Of a stretch of 64,000 nucleotides of DNA, positions 17,921 to 27,837 are shown piece after piece (position 1 is the stretch's first letter; each line of letters opens with the position of its first letter). A program made the position numbers and the translations under genes. Below the pieces are notes generated by a model. The model searched no databases, was not told where the DNA came from, and saw only the letters and a program-made list of their open reading frames with translations. The stretch spans positions 102,353 through 166,352 of IMG/VR virus record IMGVR_UViG_3300027659_000009. One strand, given 5' to 3'. The stretch is from a virus.

Positions 17921-18310
17921 ATGAGAAGAATCACAAGATTAAATGAAAACGATTTGAATCGTATCGTTAGAAGAGTTATTAGGGAAGAAGAAGATAGGTC
18001 TATGACAACACAAATGTTTAACACTGCGAAACAAAAGTATGACAACGGACAAAGAAACCCTAGTCTAGAGAAAAAAATTAAAAACTGTATTACCAAAAAC
18101 AGGTTGAAAAGTTTGTTCTGGTTAACAACCGCTCGAGGGGCTTATATATTAGGACTTATCGCAGTGGGTTTTTTAATTCCAGGCCTGGATGGGGTAGAAG
18201 TAGCGGCGCTTGCAGCAATATATATAATCTATGTAATTGCCTCAGAAAGAAACATAATAGAAAACAATATTTCCAACGATGTTAAAAAATTATGTGATTG
18301 TCTTTTTTAA
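17921..18310 (+). CDS. leader-bearing membrane-hairpin protein
   Basis: MRRITRLNENDLNRIVRRVIREE; two hydrophobic segments. Confidence 0.7.
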   Translation: MRRITRLNENDLNRIVRRVIREEEDRSMTTQMFNTAKQKYDNGQRNPSLEKKIKNCITKNRLKSLFWLTTARGAYILGLIAVGFLIPGLDGVEVAALAAIYIIYVIASERNIIENNISNDVKKLCDCLF

Positions 18311-18351
18311 TGGTATTTATAACTAAATAAAATATCTAAATAAAAAAAATT

Positions 18352-18573
18352 ATGAGAAGAATAGAAAGATTAAGAGAAAACGATTTGGATCGTATCGTTA
18401 GAAGAGTTATTAGAGAAGATAATAAACAAACCCCAAAGGTTGGTGATACTGATACTTTAAAAAAACTACAAACCTATTTAAAGGAACTTGTTGATGAAAG
18501 CGTTATAGACAATGATGTAAAGTCCCATATAATGTTTTTAGTAAAAAAGTTAGTTAAGGAAATAAACAAATAA
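18352..18573 (+). CDS. leader-bearing small hypothetical
   Basis: MRRIERLRENDLDRIVRRVIRE. Confidence 0.7.
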   Translation: MRRIERLRENDLDRIVRRVIREDNKQTPKVGDTDTLKKLQTYLKELVDESVIDNDVKSHIMFLVKKLVKEINK

Positions 18574-18577
18574 AATT

Positions 18578-18877
18578 ATGAGAAAAGTTATAAGATTAAC
18601 AGAATCAGATTTAACTCGTATTGTTAAACAATTGTTAAATGAACAAAATATTAAGGATATTCGTAAGGGTAAAGGAACCGATATTGCAGGTGGAGATAAT
18701 AATGAGTATGGTGCCGAGTATGGTAAATGTACAAAATTTTATTCAAGAAAAAAAGGAACTACAAAATGGGTTTTAGGTGATTATTATAATCAATACGCGA
18801 TATGGAAATATTACTTCAGTGATAAAGTCAGTGATAAAGGATGGTCAAAAAGTTGTGCCGATCAAGGTATAAAGTAA
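18578..18877 (+). CDS. leader-bearing hypothetical
   Basis: MRKVIRLTESDLTRIVKQLLNE. Confidence 0.7.
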   Translation: MRKVIRLTESDLTRIVKQLLNEQNIKDIRKGKGTDIAGGDNNEYGAEYGKCTKFYSRKKGTTKWVLGDYYNQYAIWKYYFSDKVSDKGWSKSCADQGIK

Positions 18878-18961
18878 ACTTGACGTATTAATTAATCCTC
18901 CCATTCCAAAAGAGTGGGATTTTTTTGTTTTATCTGATATTTATTAATAAATTAAAATATT

Positions 18962-19234
18962 ATGGGAAGACTATCAATACAAAAAAGATTATCCATTGAA
19001 GGGGCAAATAAAAAGTTATTGGGTGAATCAATAATTGATATTGACAATGTACTCCATATAATGAATTTTAAATTCGGATGGGGTGATTTAACTACCGATA
19101 GAGTGGAGGAATTTGAGAATTGGATTGGTGAAATAAAAGATAGTATGTCCGATGAGGAATATTCGACTTTATTAAACGATTGGTTGCGTAGTGACGATAT
19201 GGGTGAAAATTATGAAGAATACAAACAAAATTAA
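18962..19234 (+). CDS. leader-bearing acidic hypothetical
   Basis: Basic N-terminus ending LLGE/S; upstream 30 nt identical to that of the 2670 gene. Confidence 0.65.
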   Translation: MGRLSIQKRLSIEGANKKLLGESIIDIDNVLHIMNFKFGWGDLTTDRVEEFENWIGEIKDSMSDEEYSTLLNDWLRSDDMGENYEEYKQN

Positions 19235-19235
19235 T

Positions 19236-20021
19236 ATGAAAAAAAGAGTGTTTAGACTTACTGAGAGTCAAATAGAACGTTTAAGTAAAAGATTTTTAAA
19301 TGAATCGTATGGTTTAATAACTTATCAAGACACAATATGTGAAATTGTTTGTAAGGAAAAAGTTGCCAAATACGGATCCAGAGGAGACGTTGTTCAAATG
19401 ATACAACACTTATTATATGCTAATAAATATAATACAAAATACTCAGGTGGTGGAATGAAAGGTGATTACTGTTACAGTGATTTTAGAGAATGTGACGGCA
19501 TATTTAAAGATCAAACCAAAATTGCGGTGGAGGAGTTCCAAAGATTCGTACGTATAAACGTTGACGGTGTAGTTGGTTATGAAACATGGAAGGCTATGTG
19601 TAGTAAGTTAACGTTTACCAAATCATTACCAAAAAATAAATTTTGTGTGGAATGTTTTTGTGAAGATTTTCAGGATGATTTTAAAGACGATTTTAAAGAT
19701 ATAGATGTTTTTGATCCAATTAAGGGAATTGACTCTATTGATTGTGAGAAATTAAAAAAATGTGTTAAAGATCATATCTTAATACCAGGACCAAATTATT
19801 TAGGTTTTGAAAAATGTATCGGTGGAGAGGTAAATGGAAAAAGTAGTTGGTCTTGTATGGTGTGTAAAGATACATTTAAATCGGGTTACATTGATAAACA
19901 ACCTAAGATTATTAATGATCCAAACTATAAAAATACTCCCGCATATTTAGAATTTTTACGAAAATCGGAATTAGGTGATTGGTGTCTGTCTCACTGTGAC
20001 GGTTTTGAACAATTAATGTAA
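19236..20021 (+). CDS. leader-bearing peptidoglycan-binding, Cys-rich protein
   Basis: MKKRVFRLTESQIERLSKRFLNE; GSRGDVVQMIQ..L...DGIF...T..AV..FQ....VDGVVG.ETW. Confidence 0.8.
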   Translation: MKKRVFRLTESQIERLSKRFLNESYGLITYQDTICEIVCKEKVAKYGSRGDVVQMIQHLLYANKYNTKYSGGGMKGDYCYSDFRECDGIFKDQTKIAVEEFQRFVRINVDGVVGYETWKAMCSKLTFTKSLPKNKFCVECFCEDFQDDFKDDFKDIDVFDPIKGIDSIDCEKLKKCVKDHILIPGPNYLGFEKCIGGEVNGKSSWSCMVCKDTFKSGYIDKQPKIINDPNYKNTPAYLEFLRKSELGDWCLSHCDGFEQLM

Positions 20022-20275
20022 TGAAAAAAGTAATTATAACTGAGAAACAATTAATAGGTATAATAGAAGAGTCTTATTATGAAGAGTCATATTATGATTC
20101 TCAAAAATTATATAGTAAACAGTATATAGAGGAAATAACCAGAACTGCACCTTTTAATATTAAAAACATCGCAAGAGGATTAGAGGTTCTTGGGTGTACA
20201 GATAGTAATGGTAATACTATACAGTGTGTAAGAATTCCTGAAGTATTATTTGTTTACATCAGTGGTAGATATTAA
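20021..20275 (+). CDS. leader-bearing small hypothetical
   Basis: MKKVIITEKQLIGIIEE. Confidence 0.65.
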   Translation: MKKVIITEKQLIGIIEESYYEESYYDSQKLYSKQYIEEITRTAPFNIKNIARGLEVLGCTDSNGNTIQCVRIPEVLFVYISGRY

Positions 20276-20455
20276 TTGAGTTGTTATTTTAGAACCATAA
20301 CACTCTAATTTCTTATTCACCACATTCCATAAATCTTTTTTTCCTTCTGTCATATGACAGTTGTGTTTTTTACCAGTCCTAACACCGAACTCCACAATCA
20401 TATCATTATGTCGATTACGGATAAAGTGTGGACACTCTTTACAGGATTTCTTCAT
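20246..20455 (-). CDS. small Cys/His-rich hypothetical
   Basis: MKKSCKECP...HNCH...C; ATGA-coupled to the upstream gene. Confidence 0.55.
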   Translation of the reverse strand: MKKSCKECPHFIRNRHNDMIVEFGVRTGKKHNCHMTEGKKDLWNVVNKKLECYGSKITTQLISTTDVNK

Positions 20456-20850
20456 TTTATTTTCCATACAAAGTAAACACATTTATCTGAACAATCCCAA
20501 GTATCTAAAAGTGTACCACCATCTAACACTGAAACGTGTTTAGATACTCTTATAATATATTTACCTTTAGGATCGATTTTAGATAATGTTTTTGCAGTCA
20601 TCCTACGTTCTCCTTTTACGCCAGGGAATGAAATTCTCTCATAACTGAAACCTAAGTCAACTAAAGTATTTGTTATTTGACTCTCCCAATCTTTGTCAGT
20701 TCTTTTAGATGCCCTCCACCCATTATCGTACATAAGTTTATGTACTTTACCGTATTCGGAATTTGTAATTATGGTTACCGCCCTAACCATACAATCCCCA
20801 TTACTTTTAATGTCGTTTTCTGTCTTTGGTTGTGTGTGTCTAAAAATCAT
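20452..20850 (-). CDS. phage protein with DCxVRA...H...DTWD (possible papain-like fold)
   Basis: GDCMVRAV, KHVSVLDGG..DTWDC; promoter at 20870-20900. Confidence 0.65.
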   Translation of the reverse strand: MIFRHTQPKTENDIKSNGDCMVRAVTIITNSEYGKVHKLMYDNGWRASKRTDKDWESQITNTLVDLGFSYERISFPGVKGERRMTAKTLSKIDPKGKYIIRVSKHVSVLDGGTLLDTWDCSDKCVYFVWKIK

Positions 20851-20869
20851 AATTGTAAGTTTTATAATA

Positions 20870-20900
20870 CAAAGATACGAAAAATTTTCCAAACCACAAA
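20870..20900 (-). promoter_or_regulatory. Bacteroidota-type promoter TTTG-N19-TATCTTTG
   Basis: Consensus match. Confidence 0.7.
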
Positions 20901-20995
20901 AAAAAGTTTTTACATTTGTGTAGAATTTTTTAAAAATTATTGATTTTTAAACTATTTTTTATGATAGTCTACATATTTATATGTAAAATATAGTT

Positions 20996-21433
20996 ATGAA
21001 AATTAGAAAAAACGGAAAAGTTATAGAACTAACTGAAAATGAACTTAAAAAGATTATAGATAAATCCCCTAATAATGTAGAGGAGGGTATCATCTCAACA
21101 TTTAAAGGGCTGGGTGGTATGTTAAAAGGTACTGGTTTTAGTTATACTAAGTACGCATACGAAATGAGTGGAAAACTTAAAGAACTTAATGAGAATTTAG
21201 AGGAGGCAGTCGTTGAACTTGAAAGAATTTTAGATAAATCCAACCAATCTAAAATGTCGAATATATCTTTTGATAGGTTGACTACACATATAACTGACGC
21301 ATTAGATGCCTACAGAATGACTATTGGTACTAACGAAATAATCATTCAGGATTTAGAAAATTCTGTTTCTAATAATAGAAATCAAGGTAGGTCACAACAA
21401 AACCCTAATTCACAGTTTAATAATACCCCTTAA
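20996..21433 (+). CDS. leader-bearing helical hypothetical
   Basis: MKIRKNGKVIELTENELKKII...VEE/G. Confidence 0.7.
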   Translation: MKIRKNGKVIELTENELKKIIDKSPNNVEEGIISTFKGLGGMLKGTGFSYTKYAYEMSGKLKELNENLEEAVVELERILDKSNQSKMSNISFDRLTTHITDALDAYRMTIGTNEIIIQDLENSVSNNRNQGRSQQNPNSQFNNTP

Positions 21434-21696
21434 TCTAAGATTTCATAATAAAAATATAAATCATTACCGTCAATCCCTACATAGAGTTGACGGTATTTTT
21501 TTTGTGAAAGAAATTCCTTCCTTTCTTTATCGTCTGTTTTGAATCTAACGATTTTACCATTAACACCTTTAACTTTATCCCATCTATAATTAGTATCAGA
21601 AGAGGATTTAATAATAGGGCCCTTAGTTTCTTTTACCTCTTCTCTTTTTTTAGGTGAAGAGTCTTTTGGTAAATTACTATCTACTTTTTTTCTCAT
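21430..21696 (-). CDS. basic hypothetical
   Basis: Promoter TTG-N20-TATATTTG at 21704-21734. Confidence 0.6.
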   Translation of the reverse strand: MRKKVDSNLPKDSSPKKREEVKETKGPIIKSSSDTNYRWDKVKGVNGKIVRFKTDDKERKEFLSQKKYRQLYVGIDGNDLYFYYEILD

Positions 21697-21743
21697 ATTA
21701 AGGCAAATATACAAATTTTTAATTTAAAAACCAATATTTATAT

Positions 21744-22304
21744 ATGAATATCTTAAATGAACTGATTATGAATGGTGAAAGTGTAAATAGAGTATTGTTG
21801 AATAAAATATTTATTATTTTAAAAAAAGACATAAGGTTTGAGGATGGTAAAATAGTTTTTAGTATTTACGATGACAGACAAGGTGAATTAACCATCCATA
21901 AAGGATCTGGAATAAATGTACTATTAAAAAATGGGGGATATGTAAACGATTATTTAATCAGTTATTTAACGTATCAATATGGACTTAATATGGAAGAGTG
22001 TGAGATATTATGGCGTGAAATATCTTTATACCTTAAAAAAGAAAATTATGTTTATAATTTAGGTCCAGTTCTCTATGAAGATTATATTGAGTATCAAGAG
22101 GATCCTTATCGTGTTGAAGGTTATGATGGTAAGAAATATAATATGAGGAATTTTGAAACCTTTAAAAAATTTGTAAATTACCACTCACACAGTTTTCATG
22201 ATCCGTACAATGATGAAAGAGTAAATTATTTATCTATGATGGATGAAGAAGATTATAGAGGTGTCTATAATTATATAATGACTACAATAGAACAAAATTT
22301 ATAA
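21744..22304 (+). CDS. YGL-repeat family protein (1 copy plus C-terminal extension)
   Basis: LLNKIF..L.KD...YLTYQYGLNMEECEILW. Confidence 0.65.
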   Translation: MNILNELIMNGESVNRVLLNKIFIILKKDIRFEDGKIVFSIYDDRQGELTIHKGSGINVLLKNGGYVNDYLISYLTYQYGLNMEECEILWREISLYLKKENYVYNLGPVLYEDYIEYQEDPYRVEGYDGKKYNMRNFETFKKFVNYHSHSFHDPYNDERVNYLSMMDEEDYRGVYNYIMTTIEQNL

Positions 22305-22305
22305 T

Positions 22306-23247
22306 ATGCCTACAAGTAGATTATTTAAATATATCTTAAATGAGAATTCGGAAGATAATGAAGATTTAGATTATACTAAGGACAATATTTTTCCTGAAAA
22401 ATTTTATGAGAGGGTTTTTAAGTTTTTAGATAAAAACCCTGAAAGAATGTTTAAAACAATTGAGGACTTACAATTTGCCGGAAACTTTGACGGTGATTAC
22501 GATCAATTTCAAAAAGAATATAATATTGCCTACAAATATTTGTCAGAATATGAAAATAGGACACCGTTTTACATAACATTTGAATACGACAAAAACACTT
22601 TATCTGAATTTTTTAAAGAGGATAGAGATTATGATATACAAAAAATGGTAGGTGATTATTTTGGTAATGACTATGACTATGGTAGTGATTATGATTGTGT
22701 GGATACAGATTCTTGGTTGATTGATAAAATTAATCAAGAAAATATGGAAACACTAAAAAGTAAATATTTACAGGATTTACAAGGAGAAGAGAGTGAAGAA
22801 GATTTTCAAGAATACATTATATCAGAGTATGGTTCAGAAATAGGTTGTTCCGCATCTGAGGCACAATACAGTGCAGATATCGAATACTTACATTCAGATT
22901 TTGAAGAAGGGGTAATGGAGTACCTATCCAACCTTAATGGAAAATTAGTTAGAGACGATAAAGGGGAGATTAAGTTTGTAGGTAGTTTAGAGATAGGTGA
23001 GTTAACAAACAGTGAATGGTTTCAAGATGTAGTAGAAGATGCACTATATAGTTATTATCCAGATTTAATTGATATATTTGCAGGTATAAAAGAAAAAGAA
23101 CAGGATGGTTGGAGTGGACAATATAATTACTTTTTTCCTGACGACTTAATACAAATTAATACGGATAAACATTTTAGATATGGTGGGGCAGGTGACATTG
23201 ATTGGGGATATTTCAATGAAATACTAACGGATAGATTAAATTATTGA
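22306..23247 (+). CDS. leader-bearing, highly acidic hypothetical
   Basis: RLFKYILNE; D/E/Y-rich; loosely similar to the 49830 gene. Confidence 0.7.
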   Translation: MPTSRLFKYILNENSEDNEDLDYTKDNIFPEKFYERVFKFLDKNPERMFKTIEDLQFAGNFDGDYDQFQKEYNIAYKYLSEYENRTPFYITFEYDKNTLSEFFKEDRDYDIQKMVGDYFGNDYDYGSDYDCVDTDSWLIDKINQENMETLKSKYLQDLQGEESEEDFQEYIISEYGSEIGCSASEAQYSADIEYLHSDFEEGVMEYLSNLNGKLVRDDKGEIKFVGSLEIGELTNSEWFQDVVEDALYSYYPDLIDIFAGIKEKEQDGWSGQYNYFFPDDLIQINTDKHFRYGGAGDIDWGYFNEILTDRLNY

Positions 23248-23270
23248 GGTTAAAGTTATATTTATAATAT

Positions 23271-23912
23271 ATGAGAACAAAAGATAAGGTAAGTAATATT
23301 AGAAAAGTTAATCTTCTTATGGAAATGAGAGATAGATTATTAAACGAAACCCCTCCGTATCATCTTAATATGGATGAACCAGTTACCGCACCAAAGGCAC
23401 AAAACGCATATTTAGAGGGTGACTCACCAAAATTGATAGGTAAAGAAGTTTGGTTTCACACAAATAGACACAATATTAAACACAATAAAAACGGTGCGTT
23501 TGGTGTTTATGGGAGAACTAAAAGGGGTAGAAAAAATTCTACACCTGGGATTATCGGTTATACCAATGATATACTATTAGGTGGTGATATAAACTTTGAT
23601 ATAAGTCTTGGGTACCATAACATTATGAGAACAACAAAAGACGCTGGAGAGATGTCTAAAAGAGAACAAGTAGTTGGTGTAGGTGGTGTTGTTCAAGATT
23701 TACCAGATGATCCAATTAACTTAAAAAATATGGCAGAAGAGATAAAATATAATCCATTTTTATCTGATTATTTCTACACTGCCGATGGTGAAAATAAAGT
23801 ATTAGGGGCAGAATTTGTTTACGCAGAATACCGTCCAGATGGTAGTTATTCATTACACGCGATAAACCCATTATTAGAACCATTTAAAATGGGTGAATAT
23901 AATCCTTTTTAA
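23271..23912 (+). CDS. leader-bearing hypothetical
   Basis: ...NIRKVNLLMEMRDRLLNE. Confidence 0.65.
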   Translation: MRTKDKVSNIRKVNLLMEMRDRLLNETPPYHLNMDEPVTAPKAQNAYLEGDSPKLIGKEVWFHTNRHNIKHNKNGAFGVYGRTKRGRKNSTPGIIGYTNDILLGGDINFDISLGYHNIMRTTKDAGEMSKREQVVGVGGVVQDLPDDPINLKNMAEEIKYNPFLSDYFYTADGENKVLGAEFVYAEYRPDGSYSLHAINPLLEPFKMGEYNPF

Positions 23913-23913
23913 T

Positions 23914-24345
23914 ATGACAAAATTTCAGGAGAGAATAATAAATTTGTTAAATAAGGATTATAATAAAAATACATTAGGTCGTAATTTTAATTTCAATTCT
24001 TTTGGGGATATTATGTTAATCGCTAGAAATGATATTTATAATGATTTAATTAATCATTATGGTGTCGATGTAAATAGTCCAGAATATACTTTTATAGTGA
24101 GAAACTGGTGTAGACAAAATTATGGTGATGGTAAATATGCGATAGCAGGGGACACTATACGACTAATAAATATGCCCGATGATCCAAACCCTATTGAACC
24201 AGGTACAGTTGGTGTTGTTAAAGAAGTATCTTCCAATTCCGCGTTTAATGAAGATTATTTAACTGTAAATTGGGAAAATGGGAGAAGTTTAAAGTTGATT
24301 GTTGGTTTGGATAAGTTTGAAAGAATTAAAGATAGTGTAAAATGA
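23914..24345 (+). CDS. DUF4314-like domain protein
   Basis: GDTIRLINMPDDPNPIEPGTVG.V...V.WENGRSL.LI.G.D.F. Confidence 0.7.
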   Translation: MTKFQERIINLLNKDYNKNTLGRNFNFNSFGDIMLIARNDIYNDLINHYGVDVNSPEYTFIVRNWCRQNYGDGKYAIAGDTIRLINMPDDPNPIEPGTVGVVKEVSSNSAFNEDYLTVNWENGRSLKLIVGLDKFERIKDSVK

Positions 24346-25382
24346 AAAAACTAATTAAACATATATTAAAAGAAGAGGTTGACAATAAGGTTAAGAAATA
24401 TCTAGATTATATTGTAAATTCTTTGTTAAAAGACGTTTATCTAAAGGAAAATTCAGGTGAAACTAGATTTGGTAGTGCAGGTGAACTTACGGATATGAAT
24501 CTATTCGGAGATGAGATATATGATTTAGTAAATAATCCTTTAGAATTTAGAAAATTGGGTTGGGATTTTTTAGTAGATGAAGAAGATCCTAACGATATGG
24601 GGTATTTTTTTAGGACAAATAAACCTGATTATGATTATGACTATGATGAATTTTATTATGAGGTTATATATGATTGGTTACACGATTTAACTGACAAAGG
24701 GTTATTAATTTATCATGAGGATTCTGGTGAACACGGTGAATGGGTAGTACCAACAAAGGATTTAATAATTAAATCAAATTCAAATTTATCTTTTAATATA
24801 CCATTATATTATGATATAAATAAACAAAGTTATTATATACCTGATATTGCAAGTACAAGTTTAAGAGTTCAAATAATGACTGATATAGATAAAGTGTACA
24901 GTATTAGTGATACATCTGAAATGGAATATGTTATAGATACTTTTTTAGAATTATTACCACAAAAATTAACTAATCTGGGTATTAATTTTTACATTAAAAA
25001 TGATAGAATATTTAGTAAAGTTAGAAATAATATAAACGAAGGTATTGTCGAAGATTTTATTGAGTTTGGTAAAAGTGAATTGTCATTAGGTGACGATTTC
25101 AAAGTAAATTTAACAGACAATACTGATAGTGTTCAGACATTAGGTAATTATGATATTGACGGTAAAGTGATTACCGTAGTTAAAAAGAATAGGGCAATAC
25201 CAGATATAATTAGATCCATCGCACACGAAATGGTACACCATAATCAAAATGTTAGAGGCGATCTGAGAGGAAGAGGAGACGAAGGTGAGGAGGGTTCTCC
25301 TTGGGAAGATGAGGCTAATTCGAGGGCAGGTAGATTAGTTAGAAGATTTGGGGATAAGAATCCTGAAATTTATGACTTATAG
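24342..25382 (+). CDS. leader + expanded YGL-like domain + HExxH zincin-like domain
   Basis: MKKLIKHILKEE; KYLDYIVNSLLKD; INE/G; IRSIAHEMVHHNQ...EDEANSRAG. Confidence 0.7.
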   Translation: MKKLIKHILKEEVDNKVKKYLDYIVNSLLKDVYLKENSGETRFGSAGELTDMNLFGDEIYDLVNNPLEFRKLGWDFLVDEEDPNDMGYFFRTNKPDYDYDYDEFYYEVIYDWLHDLTDKGLLIYHEDSGEHGEWVVPTKDLIIKSNSNLSFNIPLYYDINKQSYYIPDIASTSLRVQIMTDIDKVYSISDTSEMEYVIDTFLELLPQKLTNLGINFYIKNDRIFSKVRNNINEGIVEDFIEFGKSELSLGDDFKVNLTDNTDSVQTLGNYDIDGKVITVVKKNRAIPDIIRSIAHEMVHHNQNVRGDLRGRGDEGEEGSPWEDEANSRAGRLVRRFGDKNPEIYDL

Positions 25383-25771
25383 AATGTATTTCCTATAGAG
25401 ATATCATTATCTTCACAAAATCCTACATTAACTTCTATATTTCCGTCAGAAAATTCTGAAGGTTTAATTATTGTTTCGTCATTAGGATACGCAGTGATAA
25501 TATCTACAATAGTATCTTTATTGACAAATATCATATCGATAGGAAAATTAACATTTTTCATCCAGAAACCACTACCAACGTAATCGTAATACATACCACA
25601 GTTTTGACATAGATTATCTCTATACATTAAACCAGTGACTTTTTCTTCTTCCGTAGTAGGCATTTCACAATCAATATTAACTTTTTCACCATTATTATTT
25701 GTAATGAATATCTCACATTTAGTTTTAAATGGTATTTGAGTATCCTCCGATATAATATCTAATAATTTCAT
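25370..25771 (-). CDS. DUF192-family protein with short leader
   Basis: GLMYRD.L....GM...FWMKNV.FPIDMIF; N-terminus MKLLDIISE; TATTTAT upstream on the minus strand. Confidence 0.8.
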   Translation of the reverse strand: MKLLDIISEDTQIPFKTKCEIFITNNNGEKVNIDCEMPTTEEEKVTGLMYRDNLCQNCGMYYDYVGSGFWMKNVNFPIDMIFVNKDTIVDIITAYPNDETIIKPSEFSDGNIEVNVGFCEDNDISIGNTFYKS

Positions 25772-25832
25772 AATAATAAATAGTTGACATTTGAATAAAT
25801 TAACACTATAATTAAACTATAAAAAAAAATTT

Positions 25833-26009
25833 ATGCCAAAAAGTAAACACAGAAAAAATCAAAAAGAAAAATCTAAAATCCGAACTCAAAGGATAAAAAG
25901 TGAACAAAATAAATACCAGAAAGCGTTTCAAGAAGAATTTCTTAAGAAGATGCAATCTCTAAAAGATAGGGAATTAGGTATAGAGGAAGTACAAAAAACC
26001 GAAGGATAA
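25833..26009 (+). CDS. small basic hypothetical (58 aa, absent from the ORF track)
   Basis: MPKSKHRKNQKEKSK...; TTGACA-N17-TATAAT at 25784-25812; hairpin terminator at the end. Confidence 0.7.
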   Translation: MPKSKHRKNQKEKSKIRTQRIKSEQNKYQKAFQEEFLKKMQSLKDRELGIEEVQKTEG

Positions 26010-26018
26010 TCTTCGGTT

Positions 26019-26513
26019 TTATTTTTTACTGTGGTAAGATGAATGTTTATTAACTAAAATCACACTAGTTTTGTTGTTTTTATAATAAGTTATATGAGTA
26101 AATTTAACATAATCGTGAAAAATAATTTTAAACTTAATCTTCTTCCCTTTCTCATTAATTGTGATGTAGTATGTATCACCCTTTATTTTAATTTTATCTA
26201 TATCATAAATTCTAAAAGATCCATTACAATCATGTATATCTAATTGTTTAGTGGTAAAATCAAAATAATAAAAGTAAGAACTGTTTCTTTCAGAGTGTAT
26301 GGTGTCTTTTGACAATTTCTCTACTTTTCTAAAACTAGTTCTACCCTTATCTTCCTCTACTTCAGGAAAATGGGATACAATGACAAACCCATCATTATTA
26401 AGTATGTTAACACCATCACTTATATACCACCCATCTTTTTTTCCAATAGAACACTGAGATTGTGAGTTAAAAGATAACATCACTAATACAAATAACAAAA
26501 TTAAATTTTTCAT
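26019..26513 (-). CDS. secreted hypothetical (signal peptide)
   Basis: MKNLILLFVLVMLSFNSQS/Q; promoter TTTG-N20-TACATTTG at 26532-26563. Confidence 0.7.
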   Translation of the reverse strand: MKNLILLFVLVMLSFNSQSQCSIGKKDGWYISDGVNILNNDGFVIVSHFPEVEEDKGRTSFRKVEKLSKDTIHSERNSSYFYYFDFTTKQLDIHDCNGSFRIYDIDKIKIKGDTYYITINEKGKKIKFKIIFHDYVKFTHITYYKNNKTSVILVNKHSSYHSKK

Positions 26514-26601
26514 AACGGTTGTTTTATGTAACAAATGTACGAATAAATATTTAATCCACCAAACTTTTTAATGTTTTTTTTAATATTTATAATAAAAAGG
26601 T

Positions 26602-26828
26602 ATGAAAATTAAGATTACTGAATCACAAGATACTCTTTAAAAAAACTAAATAACTACTTAAAATTACTATATCCAAATAGTTCTACATTGTCATATGATA
26701 TGACTAAAGATGAAATTATCAATGGAATATACGAACAAATAATAATGATGGAAGAATGTATAGAAGAAATGTCAACAATGTTTGGTGTTGTACATTCAAG
26801 ATACAAATCTAAATTAGGATTTGAATAA
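26602..26828 (+). pseudogene. frameshifted leader-bearing gene
   Basis: MKIKITESQDTL* then an open -1 frame SLKKLNNYLKLL...GFE*; late motif at ~26583. Confidence 0.55.
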
Positions 26829-26860
26829 TAATAATAAATAAGGTTTTAAAAATTAAAATT

Positions 26861-27055
26861 ATGAATAACGAAGAAAAAGCAACAATGTACCACACACTTT
26901 TATTGAGACACGATAAACTTGATGGACAAATCGCAGACATTAAATCAGAGGCTGCAGGTGTAGAATTAAATGAAGAACAAAAGAATCAACTTAAACTGTT
27001 AGAATCTCAAAAACAAGTGTTAGTAACCCAAGCCTTGTCATTGATGGGTTCATAA
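26861..27055 (+). CDS. small coiled-coil hypothetical
   Basis: 64-aa ORF. Confidence 0.6.
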   Translation: MNNEEKATMYHTLLLRHDKLDGQIADIKSEAAGVELNEEQKNQLKLLESQKQVLVTQALSLMGS

Positions 27056-27837
27056 TGAATGCAAAAAGTAAAATAAGGAGAATTTTACTAGAATCTACCA
27101 AAGGTTTAATGGATAGGTTTGCTGAAGGCGTGATCAAATTTAAGTATAAAGAAATTTATCACCATAATTTAGAACGTAAAGGTAAAGAATCTGCAGATAA
27201 CGAGTATCCGAAGTCATTTGAGGGGTATGTTGAACACCTTAAAGACTCATTTGGTGAACAAGACTCCTCGTTTGGTATTGAAATAAATCGTATTTTGAGT
27301 GCAGATAACCCTTTAATAGGGGGTATACCCTCTAAAGATGTCGCAGAAAATGTAATTAATTACATTCTAAACTATAATGAACCAAAAAAAAGGTTTAGAA
27401 TACACATTGTTGAAGAAAATGATGTATATAGTTTCATAGATAAAGAAATATTCACTTGTGATGATGAATTTTTTGAGTTTGTATGGGATAAATTAATAGG
27501 TGACGGACGTACTCAGTGGAATGAGAACCTAAAAGATAAATTATGGGGTGAAATTGAGAGTGAAGTAGAGGAAAAAATGAATGATGAAGAGTGGCAAGAA
27601 GAAAATGGTGTCACTTTTGATGGTTTAGAAAGAGAAAAATCTTACTTTACGACATATTGGCACTACCCAATACAGTCTTTAGGGTGGGATAACGATCAAT
27701 TATGTGAATTTTACAAAGATGTTATAGGTGAAGATAGATTATTTAAGGTAATTACAAATTATTATACTAAAAATAAGGATAAAATCTATTTAAATGATAA
27801 ATTTTACTACGTTTTTACTAAAAATTTGTTCTATTAA
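27055..27837 (+). CDS. leader-bearing acidic hypothetical
   Basis: MNAKSKIRRILLE/S. Confidence 0.7.
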   Translation: MNAKSKIRRILLESTKGLMDRFAEGVIKFKYKEIYHHNLERKGKESADNEYPKSFEGYVEHLKDSFGEQDSSFGIEINRILSADNPLIGGIPSKDVAENVINYILNYNEPKKRFRIHIVEENDVYSFIDKEIFTCDDEFFEFVWDKLIGDGRTQWNENLKDKLWGEIESEVEEKMNDEEWQEENGVTFDGLEREKSYFTTYWHYPIQSLGWDNDQLCEFYKDVIGEDRLFKVITNYYTKNKDKIYLNDKFYYVFTKNLFY

